A DNA stretch of 64,000 nt, taken from positions 4,197 through 68,196 of the forward strand of contig JAUXUR010000077.1 of assembly GCA_030680745.1 (NCBI GenBank). The letters run 5' to 3'. The notes beneath the pieces are model-generated. The model saw nothing but the letters and a program-made list of their open reading frames with translations. It was not told the DNA's origin and did not search any database. This document shows positions 18,796 to 29,321 of this stretch, piece by piece. Numbering within the stretch: position 1 is the stretch's first letter; each line of letters begins with the position of its first letter. A program made the position numbers and the translations under genes. The DNA is from Alphaproteobacteria bacterium. GTDB lineage: Bacteria; Pseudomonadota; Alphaproteobacteria; JAUXUR01.

Positions 18796-20562
18796 CTAAT
18801 CCGCTTGGATTTCAGCTTCAACAATTATATCGGTCTTTGCCCATTTTTTCTTTGTGGCTGTTTCTTTCCATTTATCTTGAGGTTGTTGCAATAAAGCGTC
18901 AATACGCTGTCCTACTGTACGATTATCGTCTACGTCATAATAATCGATGATAAAATCAGCCATTGTATTACGGATAATAAGCCATTCATTTTGTTTGTTG
19001 TAAAAGATTCTAGACATTTTAAGTTTTCTATCACTCAAATAATCACGTATGTGTTTTTTCTTAGATTCAATATCTGCTGGAAGAAATTTGATTAATTCAA
19101 ACCTACTATTCAAAGCTTCAAATTGTTCTTTATCGAGACCAACACTAAAATCTGTATTTGTCGTGCAAATAAGATGAACTTGACTCATATCAAACTTTTT
19201 AATGCCATAATACCCAGCGTCAAAATACAATGTTTCTTTATCCGAATTTTTAAGCAAACATTTCATTAACCCTTTCATATCAAGAACTTTCCCAGTTGCA
19301 GCATCTTTTGTAAAAGCGCGATCTACATCATCAATAATAATAATGATATTTTTTGATCTTTTGCCGTCAGCATTTTGAGCTAGAAAAGCCTTAGGGAAAT
19401 GCCCTTTATTACTTGATAGAATTGAGCTGCTTCCATAAAGAGAAGATGTTTTGAAATCATCTTCATTAGCAATATCCAAATAATAAGTCGGTAAATTAAG
19501 GGCTTGAGCAATTAATTTTGCTGCAACCGACTTACCAGCACCCGGTTTGCCAAAAAATAAATAAGCTTTACGTTTGTCGCCATTTTCTTCAGCAATAGCA
19601 TTTTGAGAGCAGTCACAAATATCACGAACCATTTGCTCTAAAGATTCTTTTACATCTTCCTTATAGAAACATAATTTTTGATCATTTCCATGAATGGTTT
19701 CTTCTGCAAATATTTCTTTTATAAAATCGTTAGTTTCCTCAACAAGTTCATCACCCTCTTTATAATTAGGCGGCAAAGAAATTGTTTCTGTTGGAAAATT
19801 AAGTAAGTCTTGTAAGGCTTCCAAAGGATCATTATTCCCTAAACCACCTGGCGCTTTGCGGCAAGCGATAAGTTTATTTTCTATGACTTCTTTCCAATCA
19901 TCATTATATATTGATTGGCTTTCTACATATAAAGCTTCAAGATCTTTAATGTTTTCATTTTCGATTTTATTCAGCAACGTCGCAATAAGTGCTTTTGCCT
20001 CGATCCTTTTTTGATGAGAACCATCTTCCGCAAAAACAGTAAGCCCCACTTCTAAAGCAACATGGGCAGCCATGACGCCACCCGCTACTTTGTAATTGAA
20101 TATTTTTTCACCGTCAGTATTTCGACCACCAGAACAATAAGCGCTTACAAAAGTTGTTCCGGTAGTACGTAGAGCTTTGATACCAAGATCTTTCCAACTT
20201 ATTGTTGATAATTCATTAACATATGTTAAAATCGGTATTATTTTAGCTTCAATTAATTTATTTATTTTACGTTGTTGAAGTTTTTGGAGTGTTGGGTCTG
20301 TTGTGGGTTGCACATTTACTTGTGCATTTATGCGCATTTGTGCAAAAGTTTCACCAAATAATTTTTCAAACAATGCCCGATTTTTTAGATCCAATGGATC
20401 CGTATCATAGTGATTAGCAACGTCTAACCGATAGAGGTCATGCGTGAACAAATTTTCAAATGGATATGCCGTATTAACATCGCTTATGGGGTCCGCATAT
20501 GAAGACGCAGGATAAAAAGATGTGGATATGAAAAAGCATATGAAAAATTTAAAAAATTTCAT
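18796..20562 (-). CDS. AAA+ ATPase with N-terminal signal peptide or anchor
   Basis: Walker A GKPGAGKS, Walker B IIIIIDDVD, sensor-1 ICTTN. N-terminus MKFFKFFICFFISTSFYPASSYA. Confidence 0.55.
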   Translation of the reverse strand: MKFFKFFICFFISTSFYPASSYADPISDVNTAYPFENLFTHDLYRLDVANHYDTDPLDLKNRALFEKLFGETFAQMRINAQVNVQPTTDPTLQKLQQRKINKLIEAKIIPILTYVNELSTISWKDLGIKALRTTGTTFVSAYCSGGRNTDGEKIFNYKVAGGVMAAHVALEVGLTVFAEDGSHQKRIEAKALIATLLNKIENENIKDLEALYVESQSIYNDDWKEVIENKLIACRKAPGGLGNNDPLEALQDLLNFPTETISLPPNYKEGDELVEETNDFIKEIFAEETIHGNDQKLCFYKEDVKESLEQMVRDICDCSQNAIAEENGDKRKAYLFFGKPGAGKSVAAKLIAQALNLPTYYLDIANEDDFKTSSLYGSSSILSSNKGHFPKAFLAQNADGKRSKNIIIIIDDVDRAFTKDAATGKVLDMKGLMKCLLKNSDKETLYFDAGYYGIKKFDMSQVHLICTTNTDFSVGLDKEQFEALNSRFELIKFLPADIESKKKHIRDYLSDRKLKMSRIFYNKQNEWLIIRNTMADFIIDYYDVDDNRTVGQRIDALLQQPQDKWKETATKKKWAKTDIIVEAEIQAD

Positions 20563-20592
20563 TGTGGTTTGTTCCTATTTTTTGGGTGTATA

Positions 20593-20886
20593 TTAGTTTA
20601 TAAATTCTTTCTCAACACAAAGTTTTAAGAATGGTCGTATAGCGTCTATTTCTTTTTCAGCTTGTTTTTCTTCGCTTGATGTCCATATTGAACTTTTTCG
20701 AAATTCTTCTATACGGAGAGTGTTTGAAACTAATAGATGTAATGCCAAATCACAATTATGTTGATTTACAGCCATACGACCATTAGTATCATATTCTGTT
20801 TTTGTTTTACCTGCATATATTGCAGATGAAAGACTAAACAATGCTATACTTAGAAAGATCGTTCTCTTCATTTTAATATTCCTCAA
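20593..20886 (-). CDS. small secreted protein, unknown function
   Basis: Signal peptide (LSSAIYA). 2 Cys. Confidence 0.35.
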   Translation of the reverse strand: MRNIKMKRTIFLSIALFSLSSAIYAGKTKTEYDTNGRMAVNQHNCDLALHLLVSNTLRIEEFRKSSIWTSSEEKQAEKEIDAIRPFLKLCVEKEFIN

Positions 20887-21116
20887 TAATTAGGTCAACA
20901 ATAGAAATGATTTTCTATCTGATTTAAATGACATGGTCAATGTTTTTTTGTAGATTTTAAAAAATATTATTGTATGTTTTTCAAACGGTTGTGTTTTTGC
21001 CTTGTTCAATTTTTTTTTTGTATTGTTGAATAACAAATATTAAAAAATTATTATTGACATATTTTTTTAAACCTTTATTAACATGCTCAACCATATGAAA
21101 TAAAAGGATTTACCAA

Positions 21117-21437
21117 ATGAAAAAAAGACTGTTGCTATTATCTTTGTTTACTTATGTAACAATGGCAGAGCTTTACGCATCTAATTTAACAATGAACGGA
21201 AGTATTGCCGTGGGGGGAAAGGCAAATTATGAAAAATGTAAAAAACACATTGGTAGAATTATAAAAACTGCTAATGCATACACAGCATATTTGGAAGCAG
21301 GAGCATTTGAAATAGCAGCAGAAGAAGTGCAAAAAAATAAAAAACATCAACAAAAATTACAAAAATGTGAAAAAAAAGAAAAAAATAAATGGTATAGAAT
21401 AGATGGTGGAACAATAGGCACGGACTTTATCTTTTAA
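21117..21437 (+). CDS. Small Lys-rich secreted protein, paralog 1
   Basis: Signal peptide. Shares the Cys spacing and KCEKK...N motif with the next ORF. Confidence 0.4.
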   Translation: MKKRLLLLSLFTYVTMAELYASNLTMNGSIAVGGKANYEKCKKHIGRIIKTANAYTAYLEAGAFEIAAEEVQKNKKHQQKLQKCEKKEKNKWYRIDGGTIGTDFIF

Positions 21438-21752
21438 ATGAAAGAAATCAATATGAAAAAAATATTTTTATCCATGATTATATGCTTAGGGATGTTCAAT
21501 CAAGCGCATGGTGGTACGACTATCAATATAGAGGTAGATAGTAAAAGAACAACAAAATACGAAGGATGTCAGTATTATGTTAATTCTATTGTAAAATTAT
21601 GTGATGCCTATGTTACGTGTTTGCTAAATAACTTTGACACGGAATTTATCGTAGAAAACATTAATCTTATGAAAGAAAGTTTAAAAAAATGTGAACAAAA
21701 TAATGGCAAAGGTACTAATGTTAAAGTAGGCGGCAGTCATACATTCGATTAA
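21438..21752 (+). CDS. Small secreted protein, paralog 2
   Basis: Signal peptide. LKKCEQNNGKG aligns with QKCEKKEKNK of the preceding ORF. Start abuts the previous stop. Confidence 0.4.
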   Translation: MKEINMKKIFLSMIICLGMFNQAHGGTTINIEVDSKRTTKYEGCQYYVNSIVKLCDAYVTCLLNNFDTEFIVENINLMKESLKKCEQNNGKGTNVKVGGSHTFD

Positions 21753-22184
21753 GACGTTTTAACAATTCATCATTATCATCTGCGTGCCGCGATTTGTTCG
21801 CGGCATTAAAAAATCCAGAAAAAAAAGACCTCCTCTGGGATTTGCAACAAAATATAATGTATAATAAGTTGGTCTGTTGCATGATTTATGGTACTTATTT
21901 AACCTGGGTTATGGATTGGGATAATTTAAAACCAACAGATTACGTCATTGCGAAAATGCCTAAGTGCTTTAGCACGAAGGTGTTTGTGGCAATCCACACT
22001 TGAATCCTTGGATAAATAGAAGTATGGATTGCCACGTACAGCCCGTGTTAACGCTCGGCTATCCTCGCAATGACGAAGCCATTAGTTTTCCCCTGTACCC
22101 TTTTAATGAACTTAATTTTATTTTTTGTCTCGTAGATTACTTTAATACATAAGTAAAGGCAGACGGCAAAGGTGGACTTTAAAT

Positions 22185-23021
22185 ATGTTAGACAATATTC
22201 CTTTTTATAAAATGCATGGACTTGGTAATGATTTTGTGATCATTGATGCACGTGAAAAATTAATGCCACTGCAATCAAATCAAATTCGCTTAATAGCACA
22301 TCGCAAAGAAGGTGTGGGCTGTGATCAAGTCATTATTTTAGAGCCATCAAAAGAAGCTGACCTTTTGATGCGTATCCACAATGCTAATGGCGAAGAAGTA
22401 GGCATGTGTGGGAATGCTCTGCGTTGTGTGGGCGCACTAATCATGAGCCATGATCAAAAAGAAGAATGTCAAATTGAACTTATTACGGGCATTCATCATG
22501 TCAGTTACAGCGACGACCAATTAATTAAAGTCAATATGGGGAAAGCCCGTTTTGGATGGCAAGATATTCCTTTGTCACATGAAATGAACACGATGCCGCT
22601 TGATTTACAAGTGGATCAATTTGAAAAACCTTATGCAATTTCAATGGGTAATCCACATCTTGTATTCTGGGTTGAAGACGCCAATCAAATAAATCTAACA
22701 GATTTGGGTGAAAAGCTTGAGCATCATGATTTTTTTCCAGAAGGTATTAATATAGAAATTGCTCAAATTTTAGACCAACACACTATTTTGATGCGTGTTT
22801 GGGAACGTGGCGTTGGTATAACGGATGCCTGTGGATCTGGGGCTTGTGCTGTCGCCATGGCGAGTTATAAAATGGGTAAAACCAAAAATGATGTTATTGT
22901 ATATATGCAAGGTGGTAACCTTAAGATTGAAATTGATGAAACAGACACTATCTTCATGTCAGGACCTGCAACATTAACTTTTTGTGGGACGATTATTCTG
23001 GATCCTCAAATAGAGCAATAA
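22185..23021 (+). CDS. dapF: diaminopimelate epimerase
   Basis: MHGLGNDFVIID, catalytic Cys motifs GNALRC and GSGACA. Confidence 0.85.
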   Translation: MLDNIPFYKMHGLGNDFVIIDAREKLMPLQSNQIRLIAHRKEGVGCDQVIILEPSKEADLLMRIHNANGEEVGMCGNALRCVGALIMSHDQKEECQIELITGIHHVSYSDDQLIKVNMGKARFGWQDIPLSHEMNTMPLDLQVDQFEKPYAISMGNPHLVFWVEDANQINLTDLGEKLEHHDFFPEGINIEIAQILDQHTILMRVWERGVGITDACGSGACAVAMASYKMGKTKNDVIVYMQGGNLKIEIDETDTIFMSGPATLTFCGTIILDPQIEQ

Positions 23022-23169
23022 GTTAACTACTTAGATCCTCATGTATGTAGAATCAATCTACCGGACAAAAATTTAATTTTGGATAGAAACCTACCAAATA
23101 TCAACAGGTTTCCTGAATCTGCATTCGTTGCTTCGCTTGAAGGCCTTCAGGAAAACAAAGGTGTGTCAG

Positions 23170-23568
23170 TCTACGGGGCAAAAAATGAAAATAAGCCCAT
23201 TTTTAACTATCCCGCTCTCACATTCCGCAACTTATTTCTAAGAAGCGAAAACAATTTTTTACCAAAAGCTCTTCAAAATAAGGGGTTTTTTTACCTCTCC
23301 CCTTGTGGGAGAGGTCGCGACCAAAGGGAGCGGGTGAGGGGTATTTTACAATTTTGGGGAGATGAGTATTTGTTTGGCAATGCTTAGATTATGGCGTGAT
23401 GGTGTTGCTCTTTGTAAACGCTTTAGACCCCTCACCCGTCGCTACGCGCCGACCTCTCCCACAAGTGGAGAGGTGAATCCGAAGCAATTTAGTTTTTTGT
23501 CCCGTAGATTGGTTGTTGGTAGATTTTGCTGCAAACTATATTTTCGTCCCGTAGATTGAGAAAAGACC
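23170..23568. repeat. Composite repeat family C copy 2. It is flanked by inverted 15-bp TIR-like motifs (gtctacggggcaaaaa ... ttttgtcccgtagattgg, with a second gtcccgtagattg at 23553) and also contains a cctgaatctgc...ggccttcagg module.
   Basis: Matches 6862-7200 along its length. Track ORFs 23079-23387 and 23362-23559 lie entirely inside it. Confidence 0.75.
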
Positions 23569-23571
23569 TAC

Positions 23572-24555
23572 TTAAGGTTCACGCCAAAAATGACACGCAA
23601 CAATATGTGTTGGGCTTATGTGCTCAAGCAAGGGTGTTACTTCAGCACAAACAGCCTGTGCTTTAGGACAACGTGTTCTAAAACGACAGCCTGATGGGGG
23701 ATTAAGTGGGGAGGGGAGATCACCTTTAATAATCATACGTTGCTTTTTTTGCTCAAGATCCGGATCTGGAATGGGCACCGCTGAAATCAAAGCTTGTGTA
23801 TAAGGATGTCTAGGGTTTTTGTATAGATCTTCATTTTCAGCAATTTCAGCAACACGGCCCAAATATAAAACAGCTATTTTATGGCTGATATGCCGCACAA
23901 CGCCTAAATCATGAGAGATGAAAATTAACGAAATATTGGTCTCTTTTTGAAGATCCATTAGTAAGTTTAAGATTTGTGCTTGAATAGAGACGTCTAAAGC
24001 ACTCACAGGTTCATCACAGACCAAAAGTTTAGGTTGTAAAATCATGGAACGCGCAATACCAATACGTTGGCATTGACCGCCTGAAAATTCATGAGGATAA
24101 CGATTGATTTGATGCGGGCTTAAACCCACTTTTAACATTATTTCTTCAACGCGTTCGCTACGTTCAGCTTTTGATAGATTTGGAAAAAATGTTTTTAAAG
24201 GTTCTGTAATAATTTGTCCGACAGTCATACGTGGATTGAGCGATGCCAAAGGATCTTGAAAAATAATCTGAAGATCTTTGCGCAAATTACGCATCTCATT
24301 TTTTTCAAGGTTGGCAAGGTTCTTGCCCATCCATAAAACTTGACCATCCGTAGGTTTAATAAGATTTAAGATGGCACGTCCTAAAGTTGATTTGCCACAA
24401 CCAGATTCACCTACAATACCAATCGTTTCGCCTTCATTAAGATCTAGACTTATACCATCAACAGCTTTAACTGTGTCAGCGTTATTTTTTGACCAAAAGA
24501 ATTTTTTTCGAACGTTAAAATAAACTTTGAGATCAGTAACTTTTAATATTGGCAT
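23572..24555 (-). CDS. oppF: oligopeptide ABC transporter ATP-binding protein
   Basis: Walker A GESGCGKST, LSGGQ-type FSGGQCQR, Walker B LLVCDEP. C-terminal oligopeptide-type extension. Confidence 0.85.
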   Translation of the reverse strand: MPILKVTDLKVYFNVRKKFFWSKNNADTVKAVDGISLDLNEGETIGIVGESGCGKSTLGRAILNLIKPTDGQVLWMGKNLANLEKNEMRNLRKDLQIIFQDPLASLNPRMTVGQIITEPLKTFFPNLSKAERSERVEEIMLKVGLSPHQINRYPHEFSGGQCQRIGIARSMILQPKLLVCDEPVSALDVSIQAQILNLLMDLQKETNISLIFISHDLGVVRHISHKIAVLYLGRVAEIAENEDLYKNPRHPYTQALISAVPIPDPDLEQKKQRMIIKGDLPSPLNPPSGCRFRTRCPKAQAVCAEVTPLLEHISPTHIVACHFWREP

Positions 24556-24559
24556 GGGT

Positions 24560-25603
24560 TTAAATCTCAGTTAAATGACACGCTTTAGCGCGTGTGTCAG
24601 AAATCGGTAATAATTCTGGTCGTATCTCTTTACAGATAGGCATCTTATAAGGACAACGTGGCTCAAAAGAACAACCATGTGGCAATTTCATCAGATTTGG
24701 CGGACGACCAGGGATTGTTTCCAGTTTATCTGTGCGACCTTCGTCAATACGTGGCATCGCTTTTAATAGGCATTTCGTATAAGGATGCTGCGGTGTATAA
24801 AAAATATCGCGAACAGGTCCCGATTCAACAATGCGACCAGCATACATGACAAGAACGCGATCACATAATCCTGCAACAACGCCTAAATCATGGGTGATCA
24901 TAATAATCGATGTATTAAGTTCAGTACGTAAGTTTTTAATAAGGTCGATAACTTGCGCTTGAACAGTTACATCTAAAGCAGTTGTGGGTTCGTCAGCAAT
25001 TAAAAGTTCTGGGGAACATAACAATGCCATGGCAATCATAACACGTTGACGCATACCACCAGAAAATTCATGTGGGTACATATGGAAACGACGTTCTGCT
25101 TCAGGAATGCGTACATGATCAAGCATTTCAAGCGCCGTATCAGTCGCTTCTTTATTGCTCATTGTTTTATGGGCGTGCAAGACTTCTGTTAATTGCTTCC
25201 CGATGGTCATATAAGGATTCAATGAAGTCATGGGATCCTGGAAGATCATCGAAATATGAGAGCCACGAATATCATTTAACTGATCGACAGGCATGCCCAA
25301 AATTTCTTTATCAAAGAATTTGACGCTTCCTTTGGCTTTACCATTATTGGCGAGTAGGCCCATAATGCTCATAAAAACTTGGCTTTTACCAGAACCTGAT
25401 TCGCCTACGATACCAATACATTCACCCTTTTGAATTTGAAAATTAATATCATTAGCGGCCTTAACAATGCCTTCACGTATTTTAAATTGTACGTTAAGTC
25501 CTTGCACTGTAAGAAGTGCATTGGCATCACGACTGGCTTTGCCAACTGTTGACGGTTTTTTTCTATCGATCTTTTGGGTCGAGCGCATCGCGGATACCAT
25601 CAC
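24560..25603 (-). CDS. oppD: oligopeptide ABC transporter ATP-binding protein
   Basis: GESGSGKS, FSGGMRQR, LLIADEPTTALD. Confidence 0.85.
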   Translation of the reverse strand: MMVSAMRSTQKIDRKKPSTVGKASRDANALLTVQGLNVQFKIREGIVKAANDINFQIQKGECIGIVGESGSGKSQVFMSIMGLLANNGKAKGSVKFFDKEILGMPVDQLNDIRGSHISMIFQDPMTSLNPYMTIGKQLTEVLHAHKTMSNKEATDTALEMLDHVRIPEAERRFHMYPHEFSGGMRQRVMIAMALLCSPELLIADEPTTALDVTVQAQVIDLIKNLRTELNTSIIMITHDLGVVAGLCDRVLVMYAGRIVESGPVRDIFYTPQHPYTKCLLKAMPRIDEGRTDKLETIPGRPPNLMKLPHGCSFEPRCPYKMPICKEIRPELLPISDTRAKACHLTEI

Positions 25604-26489
25604 CTATAAAATTTAATGAAAATAAAGAAAAGGCAAGAAAAATAGCTGGGAAGATCAAACGCCACCAAGCTGTTTCAATTTCGGGCGATCCCTCACTAAT
25701 AAGAACGCCCCAACTTGCCATGGGTTCTTGAACACCAAGACCTAAAAAGCTTAAAAAAGATTCAATCATAATAACACGCGGTATTGTAAGCGTTATGTAA
25801 ACAGCAACAGGGCCAAGTGTATTAGGAATGATGTGACGTTTTAAAATATTATAGGTTGAAACACCTTGAGCATGTGCTGCTTCCACGAATTCTTTCTTTT
25901 TGATACTGAGTGTTTGACCGCGAACAATACGAGCCATATCTAGCCATTCGACAGCACCAAGGGCTATAAAAATCAAAAAGATATTACGTCCAAAAAAGAC
26001 CATTAAGATAATAACGAAAAACATGAAGGGCAGTGAATACAAGACGTCGACAAAGCGCATCATGAAAGAATCAGTTTTTCCACCTAAAAATCCAGCCGTC
26101 GCCCCATAAGTGACACCAATGACAAGACTTACAAGTGTTGCCACAAATCCAACCATGATTGAAATACGGCCACCATAAAGGGTTCTGATGAATAGATCGC
26201 GTCCATTTCCATCTGTGCCAAAATAATGGTGATTTTCAAAACTTGGGTCAGTGCTGATATTATCCCAATCAACTTCATCAAAAGTAAAAGGGAAAAGATC
26301 AGGACTTATCATTTGTAAATAAGGTGCTATCACCGAAAGTAGAATGATAAAACCCAGGATGGACATGCCGACAACGGCCATCTTATTGCGCATAAGACGA
26401 TGTCCAGCATCAGCCCAAAGACTTCTACCTTTAATGATAACGTCGAAATCTCTTTTCGTATTTAATGTTTTACTATTTGGCATGATCAA
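25563..26489 (-). CDS. oppC: oligopeptide ABC transporter permease
   Basis: BPD-transport permease signature region. Position in the operon. Confidence 0.85.
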   Translation of the reverse strand: MIMPNSKTLNTKRDFDVIIKGRSLWADAGHRLMRNKMAVVGMSILGFIILLSVIAPYLQMISPDLFPFTFDEVDWDNISTDPSFENHHYFGTDGNGRDLFIRTLYGGRISIMVGFVATLVSLVIGVTYGATAGFLGGKTDSFMMRFVDVLYSLPFMFFVIILMVFFGRNIFLIFIALGAVEWLDMARIVRGQTLSIKKKEFVEAAHAQGVSTYNILKRHIIPNTLGPVAVYITLTIPRVIMIESFLSFLGLGVQEPMASWGVLISEGSPEIETAWWRLIFPAIFLAFSLFSLNFIGDGIRDALDPKDR

Positions 26490-27409
26490 TCATAACGTAC
26501 GCGTGGATCCAGAAGACCATAAAGAAGGTCAACGAATAGATTAAAAAGAATAATAATGATGCCAAAGAAGACAACAACACCCATAACAAGCGTGTAATCT
26601 CGATTAATGGCACCTGTCACAAAATGAGATCCAATACCAGGAATTTGGAAAATCTTTTCAATAACAACAGAGCCCGTAATAATGTTGGCCGTTGCTGGTC
26701 CCAGATATGAAATGACTGGCAATAAGGCTGCACGCAATGCATGACGCGTCACAATTAATCGTTCAGGTAGGCCTTTGGCGCGCGCTGTTCGAATAAAGTT
26801 ACTCCGCAAAACTTCAATCATACTGCCGCGTGTTAAACGTGCAATATAGGCGATTTGAGGAAGTGCTAGTGATATAATAGGTAATATAACATGGCTAAAG
26901 TCGCCATCACCCCAGCCCGAGACAGGCAGTAACTTAAAATAGACCCCCAAGACCAGACTTAAAAGGGGGGCGACGACAAAGTTGGGAATGGTGATCCCGA
27001 CCATCGCTGTGCCCATAACCGTGTAATCAATCCATGTATTTTGTTTTAAAGCGGCAAGCGATCCAAAGAAAATACCAAAAAGCATGGCAAGTCCAATAGC
27101 TGAAAGGCCTAGTTTAAGGGAAACAGGGAAACCCATCCAAATGAGATCATTGACGCTCCAATCCTTATATTTGAAGGAGGGGCCAAAATCACCTTGGAGG
27201 ACATTGAATAAATAACGCTTAAACTGCATATAGAGAGGCTCATCAAGATGATAAGCCTTCATAAGATTTTCGCGTATTTCAGGCTGAAGTGGTTGTTCCG
27301 TGTCAAAAGGTCCACCTGGTGTCAAGCGCATCATAAAAAATGCTATGACGATGATCGCAAGAAGCGTGGGGATTGACCCTAAAATTCGTTTTAAAGAATA
27401 AATTAACAT
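26486..27409 (-). CDS. oppB: oligopeptide ABC transporter permease
   Basis: EAA-like loop (ARAKGLPERLIVTRHALR). 4-bp overlap with oppC. Confidence 0.85.
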   Translation of the reverse strand: MLIYSLKRILGSIPTLLAIIVIAFFMMRLTPGGPFDTEQPLQPEIRENLMKAYHLDEPLYMQFKRYLFNVLQGDFGPSFKYKDWSVNDLIWMGFPVSLKLGLSAIGLAMLFGIFFGSLAALKQNTWIDYTVMGTAMVGITIPNFVVAPLLSLVLGVYFKLLPVSGWGDGDFSHVILPIISLALPQIAYIARLTRGSMIEVLRSNFIRTARAKGLPERLIVTRHALRAALLPVISYLGPATANIITGSVVIEKIFQIPGIGSHFVTGAINRDYTLVMGVVVFFGIIIILFNLFVDLLYGLLDPRVRYD

Positions 27410-27461
27410 TGGGTCACTTCACCCTATCTCCATAACTATAAATAAAAGACGAAATTAAAAC

Positions 27462-29099
27462 CTATCTTATGATTTCTAAGTCCTTTGAGTAAAAAATGTC
27501 AAGAACATTGTTCTCTGTTACTTTATATCCACCAACATTAGGTTTAACTAAACGCGACCTAACCGTGTGATATAACGGAATAAGTGCATGATGGTTTAAA
27601 AGATGGATTTCAGCTTCACCTAAAAGAGTTGCACGTTCATCCAAATTATTAGTCATCGATGCCTTTTTTACAAGATTATCATAATCAGGAGAACTATACC
27701 CTAAATCATTCATTGGTGCATTAGAAATCATCGTTTCTGAAAAAGAATATGGATCATTGTAATCGCCAACCCAACCAGATCTACAGATTTCAAAGTTTTT
27801 CTTCTCGTAGCGTTCTTGTAAATATATCTTCATTTCCATATTATGAAACGCTATCTGAATACCAGGTAAATGTTGTTTCCACATATCAACGACTGCAATG
27901 GCGATTTTTTTATGATTTTCATTTGTGTTATATGAAAATGTTAGTTTAAGAGGGTTTTTTTCTGAATATCCCGCTTCTTTGTATAAAGTTTTAGCACGTT
28001 CAATACGCTCATTCATTGGCATGTCTTTAAATGGAACGCATTGTGGTTTTGCATTTGCTGTATTTGGTGGTACTAATCCATAAGCGGGTATTTCGCCTGC
28101 TGCAATTATTTTTTCAGCCAATATTTCACGATCAATAACAAGAGAAAGAGCTTCGCGAACATCTTTGTTTTTGCCTAAAGGCTCTTTGGCTAGATTAATG
28201 CCATAGTAAAAAGTTGAAAGATATGGGTGCGTTCTTAAATCTTTGCTAAGAATTGGATCATCCTTAACTTGTTTGAAACGATCAGAGGGAACCGCAAACG
28301 TTAAATCTAATTCGCCTGCTCTATATTTTTTCAAGGATGCATTTGTATCTTCCATTGGAAAATATTGAACCTTATCAAGCTTTACATGTTCTTGATCCCA
28401 ATAATAAGGATTCTTCGACAGCATAATAAATTCATTGACGCGTCTTTCAGAAAGAACGAAAGCGCCGTTTGACACGAGATTGCCAGGTTTAACAAAGTCC
28501 TGGTCGCCTAATTTTTCATAGGATGCTTTATGAAAAGGGAAGAATGAATGGTGTAAAAGGCCATTTAAGAAATAAGGTGTTGTAGATTTTAGGTTCACTT
28601 CAAGTGTGTAATCATCAATTGCTTTAACGCCTAATTGTGAAAAATCTTTGATTTCGCCTTTGTTAATTTGTTCTGCATTTAAAATAGGGTAATGCGTAAA
28701 GGCATAATTAGAGGCGGTTTTTGGATCAAGAATATGCTGCCAAGCAAAAACAAAATCATGTGCCGTAACCGGATCGCCATTGGACCATTTAGCATTTTTA
28801 CGTAAATGGAAACGGTATAATTTTCCGTCGTTTTCAATATCCCATTTTTCGGCAGTCGCTGGGATGAGCTTGCCATCTTGATTGCAGATCACAAGACCTT
28901 CATAAATATCCCGTGTAATAAAATAAGAGGGGAAACCTATAGCTTTGGCAACGTGAAGAGAATCTGGTTCTGAATCCAAATCACGTTTTAAAATTTGTTC
29001 ATTTTTTTGTGGTGTCTTAACATCGGCGTTTACCTGAAAAACGCTTAAGGCTGTAAGAGCTGTTAAAATTGCAAATGATTTCTTCACATTTTTCTCCAA
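27462..29099 (-). CDS. oppA: oligopeptide-binding periplasmic protein (SBP family 5)
   Basis: Signal peptide. 545 aa. Family-5 SBP length and composition. First gene of the opp operon. Confidence 0.8.
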   Translation of the reverse strand: MEKNVKKSFAILTALTALSVFQVNADVKTPQKNEQILKRDLDSEPDSLHVAKAIGFPSYFITRDIYEGLVICNQDGKLIPATAEKWDIENDGKLYRFHLRKNAKWSNGDPVTAHDFVFAWQHILDPKTASNYAFTHYPILNAEQINKGEIKDFSQLGVKAIDDYTLEVNLKSTTPYFLNGLLHHSFFPFHKASYEKLGDQDFVKPGNLVSNGAFVLSERRVNEFIMLSKNPYYWDQEHVKLDKVQYFPMEDTNASLKKYRAGELDLTFAVPSDRFKQVKDDPILSKDLRTHPYLSTFYYGINLAKEPLGKNKDVREALSLVIDREILAEKIIAAGEIPAYGLVPPNTANAKPQCVPFKDMPMNERIERAKTLYKEAGYSEKNPLKLTFSYNTNENHKKIAIAVVDMWKQHLPGIQIAFHNMEMKIYLQERYEKKNFEICRSGWVGDYNDPYSFSETMISNAPMNDLGYSSPDYDNLVKKASMTNNLDERATLLGEAEIHLLNHHALIPLYHTVRSRLVKPNVGGYKVTENNVLDIFYSKDLEIIR

Positions 29100-29321
29100 A
29101 TAATTTCTTAGTGTTTCTTTAAGGGATTAGAAATACCTTATTTTTGCGACTATGTCATTAAGTTTGTATCATTTTTGTTTTGGAATTGCATAATATAGGG
29201 TTTTGCTTTTGAATGAAGAACAAGTGTAATCTGAGAGGCGTTTGACGGCGAAGCATATCCTTAATAAACGCGTGTGAAGCATAACGATATTTCTTTCTAA
29301 TGTCTATCGATTATCAATCTA

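Noticed and set aside
21794-22003. 69-aa ORF upstream of dapF; also 40996-41199 and 38746-38958 in AT-rich spacers
   Set aside because: No RBS, no signal peptide or motif, and they sit in repeat-rich or AT-rich spacers. Likely non-coding.
22000-22140. Possible degenerate MITE (ggattgccacg...cctcgcaatgacgaagcc) plus a solo ttgtctcgtagatt motif upstream of dapF
   Set aside because: Only partial, weak similarity to MITE-A and to the 15-bp TIR. It cannot be distinguished from chance without a genome-wide alignment.
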